A DNA stretch of 52,830 nt from Candidatus Omnitrophota bacterium (GTDB lineage Bacteria; Omnitrophota; Gorgyraeia; Gygaellales; Profunditerraquicolaceae), in the NCBI GenBank assembly GCA_023819035.1, contig JAMWCL010000003.1, positions 1 through 52,830 of the forward strand, given 5' to 3'. This document shows, piece after piece, positions 20,360-30,557 of the stretch (positions within the stretch are counted from its first letter, which is position 1; the number at the start of each line of letters is the position of its first letter). The translations under genes were made by a program, and so were the position numbers. The notes below the pieces were generated by a model, which was not told the DNA's origin, did not search any database, and worked only from the letters and a program-made list of their open reading frames with translations.

Positions 20360-21514
20360 CTATTTAAAAGCGCGCTTTATTTTATCAGTAAGACTTTCTT
20401 TGTTTATCTCATCTCCTGATAATCTGGCAAATTCTTCAATAAGCTTACGTTGCTGAGGCGTAAGATGTGTAGGGATCACTACATTCACCTTTACCAATTG
20501 ATCACCTATCCCTCTTCCATGTAAGTCGGGAATCCCCTTTGCTTTAAGACGGAATATCTTACCACTCTGGGTTCCTGGGGGTATCTTCATCATTACCTTA
20601 CCATTAAGGGTGGGAACCTCAATCTCACCACCTAATATTGCTTTAACTAAACTAATGTTGATCTCAGTCAAGATATCATTATTGTGCCTTTCAAAGTAAG
20701 GATGTGGTTGGACCTCAATAATTACATATAAATCCCCTCTGCCAGCAGCACCTTGCTCACCTTCTCCTCTTATTCTTAAATGTGAACCTGTATCTACCCC
20801 TTGAGGGATCTTAACCTTAATCTTCCGCGTTACCTTTATACGACCTTCTCCGCGACAGTCTGAACAGGGAGACTGGATAATTGATCCCTCGCCCTGACAA
20901 CGATTACAAGTCCGGGAGAGTTGGAAAAAACCACTTGAGATGACCATCCGGCCCGAACCACGACATTGAGGACAGGTAATCTTCTTTGTCCCTGGTTTAG
21001 CACCTGTTCCCGAACAGGTGGAACAGAACTCATAACGCGGAATAGTTACTATCTTCTCTGTACCGGTGAGTACCTCCTCCAGGGTTACCGAAACCGTGAT
21101 CTCTAAGTCCCTGCCTCTTTTAGGGGTTCGGCGTGTGCGTCGTCCAAATATATCGAAGCCTAAATCCCCAAATATCTCATCAAAAAGACCGCCTCCAAAA
21201 CCAAAATCTGCTAAGTCCTCGAATATACTGGAGAAATCTGCTCCTTTAAAGATATCTTCGTAAGCATATCTTTGATCTATACCTGCATGTCCATACTGAT
21301 CATATAAAGCACGTTTCTGAGGGTCAGATAAGACCGCATATGCCTCAGAGATCTCCTTAAATTTTTCCTCTGCCTCTTTTTTCTGTTCAGCAGGTACACG
21401 GTCAGGATGATAGCGCAAAGCCATCTCCCGATAGGCTTTTTTTATCTCTTCCAGGGTAGCATTCTTTTTTACTCCCAATATCTCATAATAGTCGCGTTTG
21501 ATAGCCATCATCAT
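20360..21514 (-). CDS. dnaJ: Chaperone DnaJ
   Basis: J-domain with HPD, G/F region, four CxxCxGxG repeats. Confidence 0.97.
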   Translation of the reverse strand: MMMAIKRDYYEILGVKKNATLEEIKKAYREMALRYHPDRVPAEQKKEAEEKFKEISEAYAVLSDPQKRALYDQYGHAGIDQRYAYEDIFKGADFSSIFEDLADFGFGGGLFDEIFGDLGFDIFGRRTRRTPKRGRDLEITVSVTLEEVLTGTEKIVTIPRYEFCSTCSGTGAKPGTKKITCPQCRGSGRMVISSGFFQLSRTCNRCQGEGSIIQSPCSDCRGEGRIKVTRKIKVKIPQGVDTGSHLRIRGEGEQGAAGRGDLYVIIEVQPHPYFERHNNDILTEINISLVKAILGGEIEVPTLNGKVMMKIPPGTQSGKIFRLKAKGIPDLHGRGIGDQLVKVNVVIPTHLTPQQRKLIEEFARLSGDEINKESLTDKIKRAFK

Positions 21515-21534
21515 CTCAGTTCAACTAAAGATAA

Positions 21535-23409
21535 TTAGCTTTTCTCATCTTCTTCTTTATACTCCGCATCAATTATATCCTCTTGTTTCTTCTTATCTTC
21601 CTCCTTAGCTCCCTCAGGCTTTTCCTGTGTTCTGCTGGTCTGAGACTGCTGGCAGGCTGAGGCTTGCTTATAAATCTCTTCGGCTAATTTATGTGAAGCC
21701 TTGGTTAAATCATCCATTGCCCGTTTAATCCTTTCGATATTTCTATCTTTTATGGCAGTCTTTAAATCATTAAGCCTCGATTCGATCTCTGCGCGCTCCT
21801 GCTGGCTAACCTTATCCCCGAATTCTTTAAGCGATCTTTCTGTAGTATAAACCAAGGTATCTGCCTGATTAATAAGCTCTACCTCCTCCTTCTTCTTTGC
21901 ATCCTCAGCAGCAAATTTCTCCGCCTCTTTAATCATCTTTTCAATCTCTTCTTTAGATAACTTCTTCGGTGCTGTAATCCGGATTGACTGTTCTTTGTTT
22001 GTACCTAAGTCTTTTGCCGAAACATGGACAATACCATTGGCATCGATATCAAAGGTTACCTCGATCTGAGGCACCCCTCGCGGTGCAGGAGGTATCCCGA
22101 TGAGATCAAACCTACCTAACTCTACATTATCATCCGCCATAGGACGTTCTCCCTGCAAAACACGGATAGTTACAGCGGTCTGATTATCTGTAGCAGTAGA
22201 GAAGATCTGAGATTTCCGGGTAGGGATAGTGGTATTTCTTTCAATTAATTTAGTAAACACACCACCTAATGTCTCTATGCCTAAGGATAAAGGAGTAACA
22301 TCTAAAAGTAAAACATCCTTCATCTCACCCTTGATAATTGCTGCCTGAATCGCCGCTCCCATCGCCACACATTCCATCGGATCAATTCCCCGTTCAATCT
22401 TTTTGCCAACATATTCTTCAACAAATCTCTGCACGCAAGGCATACGGGTAGGACCGCCTACCATAATAATCCGGTCGATATCTTGGGGTGTCAACTTCGC
22501 ATCCGCAAGCGCCTGTTCCATCGGATGACGACATCTCTCAATAATGGGTCTGACTAATTCTTCTAATTTTGCCCGCGTTATAGCCATGGTCAGATGTTTT
22601 GGCCCAGTTGCATCTGCAGTGATAAAAGGAAGATTTATATCAGTAGTCAAGGTTGAGGATAGCTCGATCTTTGCCCGCTCGGCTGCCTCACGCAATCTCT
22701 GCATAGCCATCTTATCGTTACGAAGATCAATTCCTGTTTCACGCTTAAATTGTTCAACTATATAGTTAATTAAGGCATTATCCATATCAGTACCACCTAA
22801 CTGCGTATCCCCTGAGGTAGACTTTACCTCAAAAACTCCCTGTGCCATCTCCATAATCGTAACATCTAATGTACCTCCTCCAAAATCAAAGACCATAATC
22901 TTCTGTTCCTTTTGAGATTTCTCCAGACCATATGCCAGACAGGCAGCGGTGGGTTCGTTAATTATTCTTAATACCTTAAGACCGGCAATCTCTCCAGCAT
23001 CTTTGGTTGCAGTTCTTTGATTATCATCAAAATAAGCAGGGCAAGTAATCACTGCCTCCTCAACCTTATCACCTAAATATGCCTCAGCATCCTGCTTTAT
23101 CTTCTGGAGAATAAAAGCGGAGATTTGTTGAGGGGTATATTCCTTACCAAAAACCTTAAATTTATAATCCAAACCCATCTTGCGTTTGGCAGCCATAATG
23201 GTTCCTTCGGGATTAATCGCTGCTTGTCGACGAGCAGGCTCACCTACAAGGCGTTGTCCATCTTTAGTAAAAGCAACTACCGAAGGAAATGCTTTGCCCG
23301 AAGCAACACCTGCACCTTCTGCAGAGGGAATAATTACAGGTCGACCACCCTCCATTACTGCCGCAGCGGAATTGGAGGTTCCTAAGTCAATACCGATTAC
23401 CCTTGCCAT
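21535..23409 (-). CDS. dnaK: Chaperone DnaK (Hsp70)
   Basis: [43 protein letters not shown]. Confidence 0.98.
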   Translation of the reverse strand: MARVIGIDLGTSNSAAAVMEGGRPVIIPSAEGAGVASGKAFPSVVAFTKDGQRLVGEPARRQAAINPEGTIMAAKRKMGLDYKFKVFGKEYTPQQISAFILQKIKQDAEAYLGDKVEEAVITCPAYFDDNQRTATKDAGEIAGLKVLRIINEPTAACLAYGLEKSQKEQKIMVFDFGGGTLDVTIMEMAQGVFEVKSTSGDTQLGGTDMDNALINYIVEQFKRETGIDLRNDKMAMQRLREAAERAKIELSSTLTTDINLPFITADATGPKHLTMAITRAKLEELVRPIIERCRHPMEQALADAKLTPQDIDRIIMVGGPTRMPCVQRFVEEYVGKKIERGIDPMECVAMGAAIQAAIIKGEMKDVLLLDVTPLSLGIETLGGVFTKLIERNTTIPTRKSQIFSTATDNQTAVTIRVLQGERPMADDNVELGRFDLIGIPPAPRGVPQIEVTFDIDANGIVHVSAKDLGTNKEQSIRITAPKKLSKEEIEKMIKEAEKFAAEDAKKKEEVELINQADTLVYTTERSLKEFGDKVSQQERAEIESRLNDLKTAIKDRNIERIKRAMDDLTKASHKLAEEIYKQASACQQSQTSRTQEKPEGAKEEDKKKQEDIIDAEYKEEDEKS

Positions 23410-23432
23410 ATTACCACCTCCTTGGTAAAAAA

Positions 23433-23972
23433 CTAATCATTAGGTCTTCGAGAAACCTTTACTTTTGCGGTTCTAATTACCCGCTCATTTAATAGATAAC
23501 CCTTTTGAAATTCCTCTAATACCGTATTTTCTGGCACATCTTTATTTTCTACCTGCATCATTGCCTCATGGTAATGAGGATCAAATGCCTTACCCACTGC
23601 CTCAATCGGCTTTACCCCATATTCCTTAAGTAATTCATAAAGATGCGCCAGAATCAATTCCATTCCTTTTAAAAATGCAGAGAAATCCTGATGTTGTGTC
23701 TGAGCAAGTTCCACTGCTCGCTCCAATTCATCAAGAATATTCAATAATTCTAAGATAACACCCTCATTAGCAAACCTTATGAATTCCTGTTTTTCTTTCT
23801 CCCAGCGCTTACGGGTATTCTCAAATTCTGCCTGCAGACGTAATAATCTATCCCAATATTCCTTGGCTTTTTCTGAGTCTTCTTTTAGTTTTAAATAATC
23901 AGATTCACTTAAGGTGATAACCTTTTCTTCTTTGGTTTCAGTCTGTCGATTATTTTCTTTTTTATTTTCCAT
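23433..23972 (-). CDS. grpE: Nucleotide exchange factor GrpE
   Basis: [38 protein letters not shown]. Confidence 0.96.
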   Translation of the reverse strand: MENKKENNRQTETKEEKVITLSESDYLKLKEDSEKAKEYWDRLLRLQAEFENTRKRWEKEKQEFIRFANEGVILELLNILDELERAVELAQTQHQDFSAFLKGMELILAHLYELLKEYGVKPIEAVGKAFDPHYHEAMMQVENKDVPENTVLEEFQKGYLLNERVIRTAKVKVSRRPND

Positions 23973-23978
23973 CTTAGA

Positions 23979-24716
23979 CTAAATCCTGTTTAAAACATCA
24001 GTCAAAACCTCAGAGATATACTCTAAAGCAGGAATAATGTGAGCGTATTCCATACGCATCGGACCTAAAACTGCGATTTTACCTGAAGGTTGATACTTAA
24101 GTTGATAGCTAGAAACTACTAAAGAACAGGAGTCCATCTCCGGACAACCCAGCTCCGGACCGATATAGACCTTTACCTTTTCCTTAAAATCTCGGTTAAT
24201 AATCTCTAATAATCTCTGTTTATCCTCCATAACACGTATCAATAAACGAATCCTTTCCAGATCATGAAACTCCGGCTGTTCAAGGATATAACTTATACCT
24301 TTATAAAAAACCTTATCCTGCCATTCTACAAAAGAAACAATCCCGGCATAATGAGTTATGGCAGAGATGATCTCGGAGGTCTGCTCTAAGATATCTTCTA
24401 ATCGTAAGATCTCTTTTTTATATTCCTTCAAAATCCTTTCTTTCTCTTCATCTAAAAGCTCCATCTGGGAAAGGAGAAAATCTACATAATAACGATACCC
24501 CTTACCTGTGGGAATCCTTCCTGAAGAGGTATGGGTATGGGTAAGATAACCGCATTCCTCTAAATCCGATAATATATTCCTTATCGTAGCAGAGCTGAGA
24601 TCAAAATCCTTGGCAATATCTTCCGAGGCGACCGGCTCTTTTTCTTTAATATAACGATCGATCACCTTACTTAGAACTGCCCTTCTTCGATTCTCGTAAT
24701 CTACTAATCTAACCAC
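23979..24716 (-). CDS. hrcA: Heat-inducible transcription repressor HrcA (short form)
   Basis: SSATIRN, HTSSGRIPT.KGYRYYVD, QPEF, LGPMRMEY; precedes grpE and has its own CIRCE. Confidence 0.92.
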   Translation of the reverse strand: MVRLVDYENRRRAVLSKVIDRYIKEKEPVASEDIAKDFDLSSATIRNILSDLEECGYLTHTHTSSGRIPTGKGYRYYVDFLLSQMELLDEEKERILKEYKKEILRLEDILEQTSEIISAITHYAGIVSFVEWQDKVFYKGISYILEQPEFHDLERIRLLIRVMEDKQRLLEIINRDFKEKVKVYIGPELGCPEMDSCSLVVSSYQLKYQPSGKIAVLGPMRMEYAHIIPALEYISEVLTDVLNRI

Positions 24717-24740
24717 AATCCTCCTTTTTTTGAACTTAAT

Positions 24741-24767
24741 TTAGCAGTCTATAATTAAGAATGCTAA
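24741..24767. promoter_or_regulatory. CIRCE upstream of hrcA
   Basis: TTAGCAGTC-N9-GAATGCTAA, beginning 6 nt after the -10 box. Confidence 0.92.
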
Positions 24768-24773
24768 ATTTTA

Positions 24774-24801
24774 ATTTTAACACAAATTAATCCTTTGTCA
24801 A
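24774..24801 (-). promoter_or_regulatory. Sigma70 promoter for hrcA-grpE-dnaK-dnaJ
   Basis: TTGACA (24801-24796, within the clpB 3' end), 16 bp, TGn-TAAAAT (24779-24774). Confidence 0.75.
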
Positions 24802-27426
24802 TCTTTCATCCTTCTGGATCTGGAATATAACCTTATTATTCTTGTCTAAATCTATCTGGATTTTATCTGCTTGCTTTAAAGAACCATCGAGTAATTTTAA
24901 GGAAAGGGGATTCTGGATATATCTCTGTATGGTCCTCTTTAATGGGCGCGCACCAAAATTAATATCAAATCCTTTATCGCAAAGAAAATCTTTTACCCTT
25001 TGGGTTATCTTAAGTTCTATCCCTATCTGAGATAGCTTCTTATAAATGGGCTTAAGCTCTAAATCTAAGATCTTGTCAATCTCCTCTTTGTTTAAGGAAT
25101 TAAAGATGATAATCTCATCTATACGATTTAAAAATTCTGGTCGGAAGAATTTTCTTACCTCTTGAAGCAATCTCTCTTTCATATCTTGATATGCTAAGTT
25201 ATCCTTTGTAGTTCTAAATCCAACTGAACCATATTGTTGAATAAGCTCTTGCCCAATATTAGAAGTCATAATAATTAATGTATTTTTAAAATTGACGGTT
25301 CTACCTTGACCATCGGTAAGCCTTCCTTCATCTAAAATCTGTAAAAGAATATTAAATACATCAGGATGCGCCTTTTCAATCTCATCTAAGAGTATTACTG
25401 CATAGGGTCTTCTTCTAATCCTTTCAGTTAGCTGTCCGCCTTCTTCATATCCTACATATCCAGGGGGAGCCCCGATGAGTCGGGAGACGCTAAATTTTTC
25501 CATATACTCAGACATATCTATTCTTACCAGAGCATTTTCATCATCGAATAAAAACCAGGCTAAGGTCTTAGCCAGCTTGGTCTTTCCCACACCTGTAGGT
25601 CCCATAAATATAAAGCTACCGATAGGGCGATTCTCATCGGAAAGCCCGGAGCGTGAACGCCTAATACAATTGGCAATGATCTCAATAGCGTGATCCTGGC
25701 CGATAACCATTTCTTTTAGACGCTCCTCCATCTTCAATAATCTTTCCGTATCGTGCTCCTTAAGTTTCGTTAAAGGGATACCTGTCCATTCTGAAACTAT
25801 CTGAGCAATATCCTCTTCCTCTACCTCTTGGCGTAACATCGGGGTCTGATTCTGGGTGATCTTCAGTTGCTCATTATAATTCTTTAACTCCTTTTCTAAT
25901 TCAATCAATCTTCCATATTTTATTTCTGCTACCTTATCTAAATCTCCCATTTTCTCTGAATTTACTGCCTCGAGCTTCAATTCCTCTATTTTCTCTTTAA
26001 TCTTTTTAATCTTTAAAATTAGTGATTTTTCCTTTTCCCATTGTTGTTTTTTATTCTCTAAGTCTTTCTTAAGTTCTCCTATCTCTTTTTCTACCTTATT
26101 TAATCTTTCAAGGCTAGATTCATCCTTTTCTTTTTTTAAGGCCTGTCTTTCTATCTCTAATTGGATAATCTTCCTTTGCACCGCATCAATTTGCTGGGGC
26201 ATACTGTCTATCTCTAAGCGAAGTCGTGATGCTGCTTCATCAATCAGATCTACTGCTTTATCAGGAAGGTGTCGGTCAGTAATATAACGTGATGAAAGTC
26301 TTGCTGCAGCAATAAGCGCTGAATCCTTAATTCTTACCCCATGATGAATCTCATATCTTTCCTTTAAGCCCCTTAAGATAGCAATGGTATCTTCTATCGT
26401 GGGCTCTTCTATAAATATGGGTTGGAATCTTCTTTCTAAGGCTCCATCCTTTTCAATATGTTTGCGATATTCATCTAAGGTAGTAGCGCCAATGCAACGT
26501 AACTTTCCTCGGGCAAGCAGAGGTTTTAACATATTAGAAGCATCAATTGCACCCTCAGCTGCACCAGCGCCCACCAAGGTATGTAACTCATCGATAAAAA
26601 GAATAATCTGGCCATTCTTATTTTCTATCTCGCGTAATACCGCCTTTAATCTATTCTCAAACTCACCGCGGAATTTTGCTCCGGCAACCAGACTCCCTAA
26701 ATCTAAGGCAATTATTCTTTTCTCCTTTAATCCTTCAGGTACATCACCTGAAACAATCCGCTGGGCTAAGCCTTCCACGATTGCAGTCTTTCCTACCCCG
26801 GGTTCACCGATTAAGACCGGATTATTTTTAGTGCGCCGGGATAAAACCTGCATTACTCGGCGTATCTCTCTATCCCGACCAATTACCGGATCAAGCTTTC
26901 CCCTTAAGGCTAAATCTGTAAGGTCTTGTCCATAGCGGGATAAGGCATTGAATTTCTCTTCAGGATTCTCATCGGTTATCCGGTGGCTACCCCTAATTTG
27001 TGCCAGGGCCATAAGTATCTTCTCTTTATCTATACCACGCCTCTTTAATTCTTGTGTAATCGAGGAGGCGCTATCGGAGAATAAAGACAAAAGAAGGTGT
27101 TCTCCTGAAAGAAACTCATCCTTTAATAATTGCGCTTCCTGGGTAGCCTGAGTAAAAAGTTGATTTGTGCGAGGAGAAAAATAGACCTGAAGAGATTTAC
27201 CGCTTACCGCAGGTTTTTTCTTAAGCTCTTCTTCAATTAATCTAATTATAGAAAAACTAGGGATACCCAGCTTATCTAAGACCAGAAGAATGATACTTTC
27301 TGATTGTCTGAGTAAGGCATAAAAGATGTGTTCGGGTTCCACCTGTTGATGGCCGGACTGCGTAGCGAAATTAATCGCTTCCTGGATTGCCTCTTGTAAT
27401 TTTACGGTTAATCTATCTAATCGCAT
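24787..27426 (-). CDS. clpB: ATP-dependent disaggregase ClpB
   Basis: Two AAA+ modules ([16 protein letters not shown]), long coiled-coil M domain, [13 protein letters not shown]. Confidence 0.96.
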   Translation of the reverse strand: MRLDRLTVKLQEAIQEAINFATQSGHQQVEPEHIFYALLRQSESIILLVLDKLGIPSFSIIRLIEEELKKKPAVSGKSLQVYFSPRTNQLFTQATQEAQLLKDEFLSGEHLLLSLFSDSASSITQELKRRGIDKEKILMALAQIRGSHRITDENPEEKFNALSRYGQDLTDLALRGKLDPVIGRDREIRRVMQVLSRRTKNNPVLIGEPGVGKTAIVEGLAQRIVSGDVPEGLKEKRIIALDLGSLVAGAKFRGEFENRLKAVLREIENKNGQIILFIDELHTLVGAGAAEGAIDASNMLKPLLARGKLRCIGATTLDEYRKHIEKDGALERRFQPIFIEEPTIEDTIAILRGLKERYEIHHGVRIKDSALIAAARLSSRYITDRHLPDKAVDLIDEAASRLRLEIDSMPQQIDAVQRKIIQLEIERQALKKEKDESSLERLNKVEKEIGELKKDLENKKQQWEKEKSLILKIKKIKEKIEELKLEAVNSEKMGDLDKVAEIKYGRLIELEKELKNYNEQLKITQNQTPMLRQEVEEEDIAQIVSEWTGIPLTKLKEHDTERLLKMEERLKEMVIGQDHAIEIIANCIRRSRSGLSDENRPIGSFIFMGPTGVGKTKLAKTLAWFLFDDENALVRIDMSEYMEKFSVSRLIGAPPGYVGYEEGGQLTERIRRRPYAVILLDEIEKAHPDVFNILLQILDEGRLTDGQGRTVNFKNTLIIMTSNIGQELIQQYGSVGFRTTKDNLAYQDMKERLLQEVRKFFRPEFLNRIDEIIIFNSLNKEEIDKILDLELKPIYKKLSQIGIELKITQRVKDFLCDKGFDINFGARPLKRTIQRYIQNPLSLKLLDGSLKQADKIQIDLDKNNKVIFQIQKDERLTKD

Positions 27427-27460
27427 TCCTTGCTCTCCTTGTGAAAAATAAGCCAGAAAA

Positions 27461-27973
27461 TGCCAGGGAGGTAGTTCATAATTTTATTTCACCTCTACCT
27501 TTATCTGTTTAGGTTTGGACTCTTCAGTCTTAGGGATAACTATCTCTAAGACCCCGTCCTTATAGGTTGCTTTTACCTTGGTAGTATCCGCATAAGGGGG
27601 TAAAGTGAAACTGCGTTTAAATACACCATAGAATCTCTCTATTCGGTGATAACTCTTATCCTTAACCTCTTCTTCGCGCTTCCTTTCTCCCTGAAGGGTA
27701 AGAATATCACCGGTAATAGAGATATTTATGTCTTGCTGTTTCACTCCCGGTAGATCTGCTTTAATAATTATATTCTCCTTATCCTCTGCCACATCCAAAG
27801 AAGGAGACCAGATGCCTTCTTTAGAGACCCTTTCGGGTAAGAGTTCAAGGGAAGTATCGAAGAAACGTTGGAATTCCTTTTCCAGATCAAGGAGTTCCCG
27901 GAAAGGATCCCATTCTCTACCTCTCCATTTTATGAGTGCCATATCTATCACCTCCTTTTTTACCTCCCTGGCA
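27461..27973. repeat. Perfect 13-bp inverted repeat pair flanking hsp20 (arms 27461-27473 and 27961-27973)
   Basis: TGCCAGGGAGGTA at 27461-27473 is the exact reverse complement of TACCTCCCTGGCA at 27961-27973. Confidence 0.9.
27484..27942 (-). CDS. Small heat-shock protein (Hsp20/alpha-crystallin)
   Basis: WDPFREL, ADLPG, ERFYGVFKRSFTLP, ATYKDGVLEI. ATG at 27942 with SD AAGGAGGTG (27957-27949) preferred over GTG at 27951. Confidence 0.95.
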   Translation of the reverse strand: MALIKWRGREWDPFRELLDLEKEFQRFFDTSLELLPERVSKEGIWSPSLDVAEDKENIIIKADLPGVKQQDINISITGDILTLQGERKREEEVKDKSYHRIERFYGVFKRSFTLPPYADTTKVKATYKDGVLEIVIPKTEESKPKQIKVEVK

Positions 27974-27982
27974 GCTCTTTTA

Positions 27983-28009
27983 TTAGCAGTCTGATAAATT
28001 AACTGCTAA
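27983..28009. promoter_or_regulatory. CIRCE upstream of hsp20-clpB
   Basis: TTAGCAGTC-N9-AACTGCTAA. Confidence 0.88.
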
Positions 28010-28025
28010 AGAAAACGTAAAAAAT

Positions 28026-28289
28026 TTATTCTTTGCTTTCTAATTCTAAGATTACCCTTATTCCATTAATGTTAACCCCCTTTTCTTCCATTAAGAAATG
28101 AATATATTCTAATTTTTTTATATCTTTTAAGGAATAAAGACGGATCTTCCTACCCACCCTCTTGGGACAAACGATCCCTGCCTTATCTAATTGACGCAGG
28201 GTCCAGATGGGAAGATCTACAAGTTTACTTACCACGCTGATGACATATACCGGTTCATCCGGGCTGATATGGATATCGAAGAGGGGCAT
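28026..28289 (-). CDS. MerR-family (HspR-like) transcriptional regulator, paralog 2
   Basis: DEPVYVISVVSKLVDLPIWTLRQLD...RLYS...GVNINGIRVIL resembles the HspR N-terminus; strong SD. Confidence 0.88.
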   Translation of the reverse strand: MPLFDIHISPDEPVYVISVVSKLVDLPIWTLRQLDKAGIVCPKRVGRKIRLYSLKDIKKLEYIHFLMEEKGVNINGIRVILELESKE

Positions 28290-28322
28290 CCTCCTTCCTC
28301 CTTCATCAGAAATCTCACAGAA

Positions 28323-28351
28323 AGTATAACATAAAATAATAATTTTGTCAA
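28323..28351 (-). promoter_or_regulatory. Sigma70 promoter for merR-hsp20-clpB
   Basis: TTGACA (28351-28346), 17 bp, TGn-TATACT (28328-28323). Confidence 0.8.
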
Positions 28352-28389
28352 GTTAATTTAATAAAATTTTTTAGATTATCTAATAAATT

Positions 28390-29649
28390 TTATTCTTTTA
28401 TTTGTATGTCTTTATTTTGTAATAACTTATATGAGAGGGGTTTAGGAAGGTTAACCTTAACTTTTATGTTTTTAGGGAGATACTCTATCTCTTCTACCTT
28501 TCCTTTTTTATAAAATAAATTTATTAAATCCATACGGGTGTGAGGAACAACAAATACCTGCGAACTCATCTTTGACTCAAAATTCTTCTGGATGTACTTG
28601 CAGAGAAGATCAAGGTTCTGATTAAACCTTGCTGAGATAAAGACCGGATTAATAAAATCCCTTGCTACCTTTTCTAACCAGGCGGGATTATTAATCCGAT
28701 CTATCTTGTTTAAAGCAGTGATTGTAGGTTTTGTCTCTACATTCAGGTCTTTTAATACCGCAAATACTGCCTTGCTGTGTTCGTATAATCGAGGATGGCT
28801 TACATCTAAAACATGGATAATCAAGTCTGACTCCGCAACCTCCTCTAAAGTAGCTTTAAAAGCCTCGATAAGATGATGGGGTAGATCGTTTAAAAAACCT
28901 ACCGTGTCTAAAATCACAACCTCTTCTCCATTGGGTAATTTTAAGGTCTTGGCTAAGGGATCTAAGGTGGTAAAAAGGCTGTTTTCAACCCTTTGCTCAG
29001 CCCGGGTAAGGGCATTTAAAAGGGTAGATTTTCCTGCGTTGGTATAACCTACTAAAGCTACCTGCGGGATAGCATTCCTCTTCCTTGCCTTTCTTAAGGT
29101 TAAACGATGTAATCTTAAATGCTTCAACTCGGATTTTAATTTCTCGATCCTTTTTTTGATGCGCCGGCGGTCAACCTCTAATTTCTGCTCTCCTGGACCA
29201 CGTGTCCCAATACCACCCCCCAAGCGGGAAAGGATAATCCCCTTACCCACAAGCCGGGGCATTAGATACTGTAATTGAGCAAGCTCTACCTGCATCTTTC
29301 CTTCCGGGCTTTTTGCATGAAGGGCGAATATATCTAAAATTAACTGCGTGCGGTCAATTGTCTTTTTACCAATAATCTCCTCTAAGTTCCTCTGCTGGGT
29401 ACCCGATAGATCACAACTAAAAATAACGGTATCTATATTATACTCTTTACAGATAAATGAGATCTCTTCGCTCTTGCCTTTACCGATGAAAAGATTGGGG
29501 GTAATCTTCTGGCAAAGGCAGGTTATATTATCTACTATCTCTACCCCTGAGGTGGTGGCTAACTGCTCTAATTCTTCAGCAATATCCTCCACTGGCCAAT
29601 TATCATCCTTAGTTTTAAGTTTTACCGTCACTAAGAGAGCTCTCTCCAT
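28390..29649 (-). CDS. hflX: Ribosome-splitting GTPase HflX
   Basis: DRTQLILDIF, GGGIGTRGPGE, GYTNAGKST, DTVGF, NKID. Confidence 0.96.
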   Translation of the reverse strand: MERALLVTVKLKTKDDNWPVEDIAEELEQLATTSGVEIVDNITCLCQKITPNLFIGKGKSEEISFICKEYNIDTVIFSCDLSGTQQRNLEEIIGKKTIDRTQLILDIFALHAKSPEGKMQVELAQLQYLMPRLVGKGIILSRLGGGIGTRGPGEQKLEVDRRRIKKRIEKLKSELKHLRLHRLTLRKARKRNAIPQVALVGYTNAGKSTLLNALTRAEQRVENSLFTTLDPLAKTLKLPNGEEVVILDTVGFLNDLPHHLIEAFKATLEEVAESDLIIHVLDVSHPRLYEHSKAVFAVLKDLNVETKPTITALNKIDRINNPAWLEKVARDFINPVFISARFNQNLDLLCKYIQKNFESKMSSQVFVVPHTRMDLINLFYKKGKVEEIEYLPKNIKVKVNLPKPLSYKLLQNKDIQIKE

Positions 29650-30548
29650 ATCTTCTCAGCAATCTCTTGAGGTCTTTCTTTTGCCTTTAAATCAATCCAA
29701 GTTATACGTTTATCCTTCCTAAACCAGGTCATTTGTTTTCGCGCGTAGTAGTAGGTATTTTTAGTTAAAAGTTCTTTTGTTTTCTCTAAATCATATAATC
29801 CCTCCAGATAACCTTTAATCTCCTTTAAGCCAATAGCACAAGAGGCGGTTCTACTAAGGGGTTGTTTTAATAAATTTTTCACCTCAGTAATTAATCCTAA
29901 CTTAAACATCTGTTCAACCCTTTTCTGAATTCTTTTTAAAAGCAGTTCTTTTCCCATCCTTAATCCGAAGATTTTAATCTCATATTTATTATCCAGGCCC
30001 TTTCTTTTTTTCTGTAAATAAGAGATAGGTTTTCCGGTAATCTCAAAAACCTCCAAGGCACGGATGATACGCTTTGTATCATGGGGATGAATCCTTGATG
30101 CTGACTCGGGATCAATCTCTTTTAATCTTTTATATAGGTATAAAGCTCCGAAATCCTTTGCCTGTTGATAAAGAAAAGCACGCACCTTACTATCTTTTGT
30201 CTTGATTTGAAATATCCCATCTATAACTACCGACATATATAATCCACTACCTCCTACAAAAAGGGGGGTTTTATTTTTCTTTAAAATCTCTTTAATCTTT
30301 TTTAGCGCCATCTTACGGTATTGAAAAACATCGTATTCTTTGGTAGGATAAACTATATCTATTAGATGATGGGAAACCCTTCTTCTTAAGGCAAGGTTAG
30401 GTTTAGAGGTAAGAATATCCATTTCTTTATAGACCTGCATAGAATCGCAGGAGATAATCTCGGCATTAATCTTTTCTGCTAAAATCACTCCTACCTCAGA
30501 TTTTCCTACGGCAGTAGGACCAACCAAAAAAACAATCCTTGGTTTCAT
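29631..30548 (-). CDS. miaA: tRNA dimethylallyltransferase
   Basis: GPTAVGKS, DSMQVY, GGSGLY, RIIRALEV, YARKQMTWF. Confidence 0.96.
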   Translation of the reverse strand: MKPRIVFLVGPTAVGKSEVGVILAEKINAEIISCDSMQVYKEMDILTSKPNLALRRRVSHHLIDIVYPTKEYDVFQYRKMALKKIKEILKKNKTPLFVGGSGLYMSVVIDGIFQIKTKDSKVRAFLYQQAKDFGALYLYKRLKEIDPESASRIHPHDTKRIIRALEVFEITGKPISYLQKKRKGLDNKYEIKIFGLRMGKELLLKRIQKRVEQMFKLGLITEVKNLLKQPLSRTASCAIGLKEIKGYLEGLYDLEKTKELLTKNTYYYARKQMTWFRKDKRITWIDLKAKERPQEIAEKIWRELS

Positions 30549-30557
30549 ACTAAGAAT

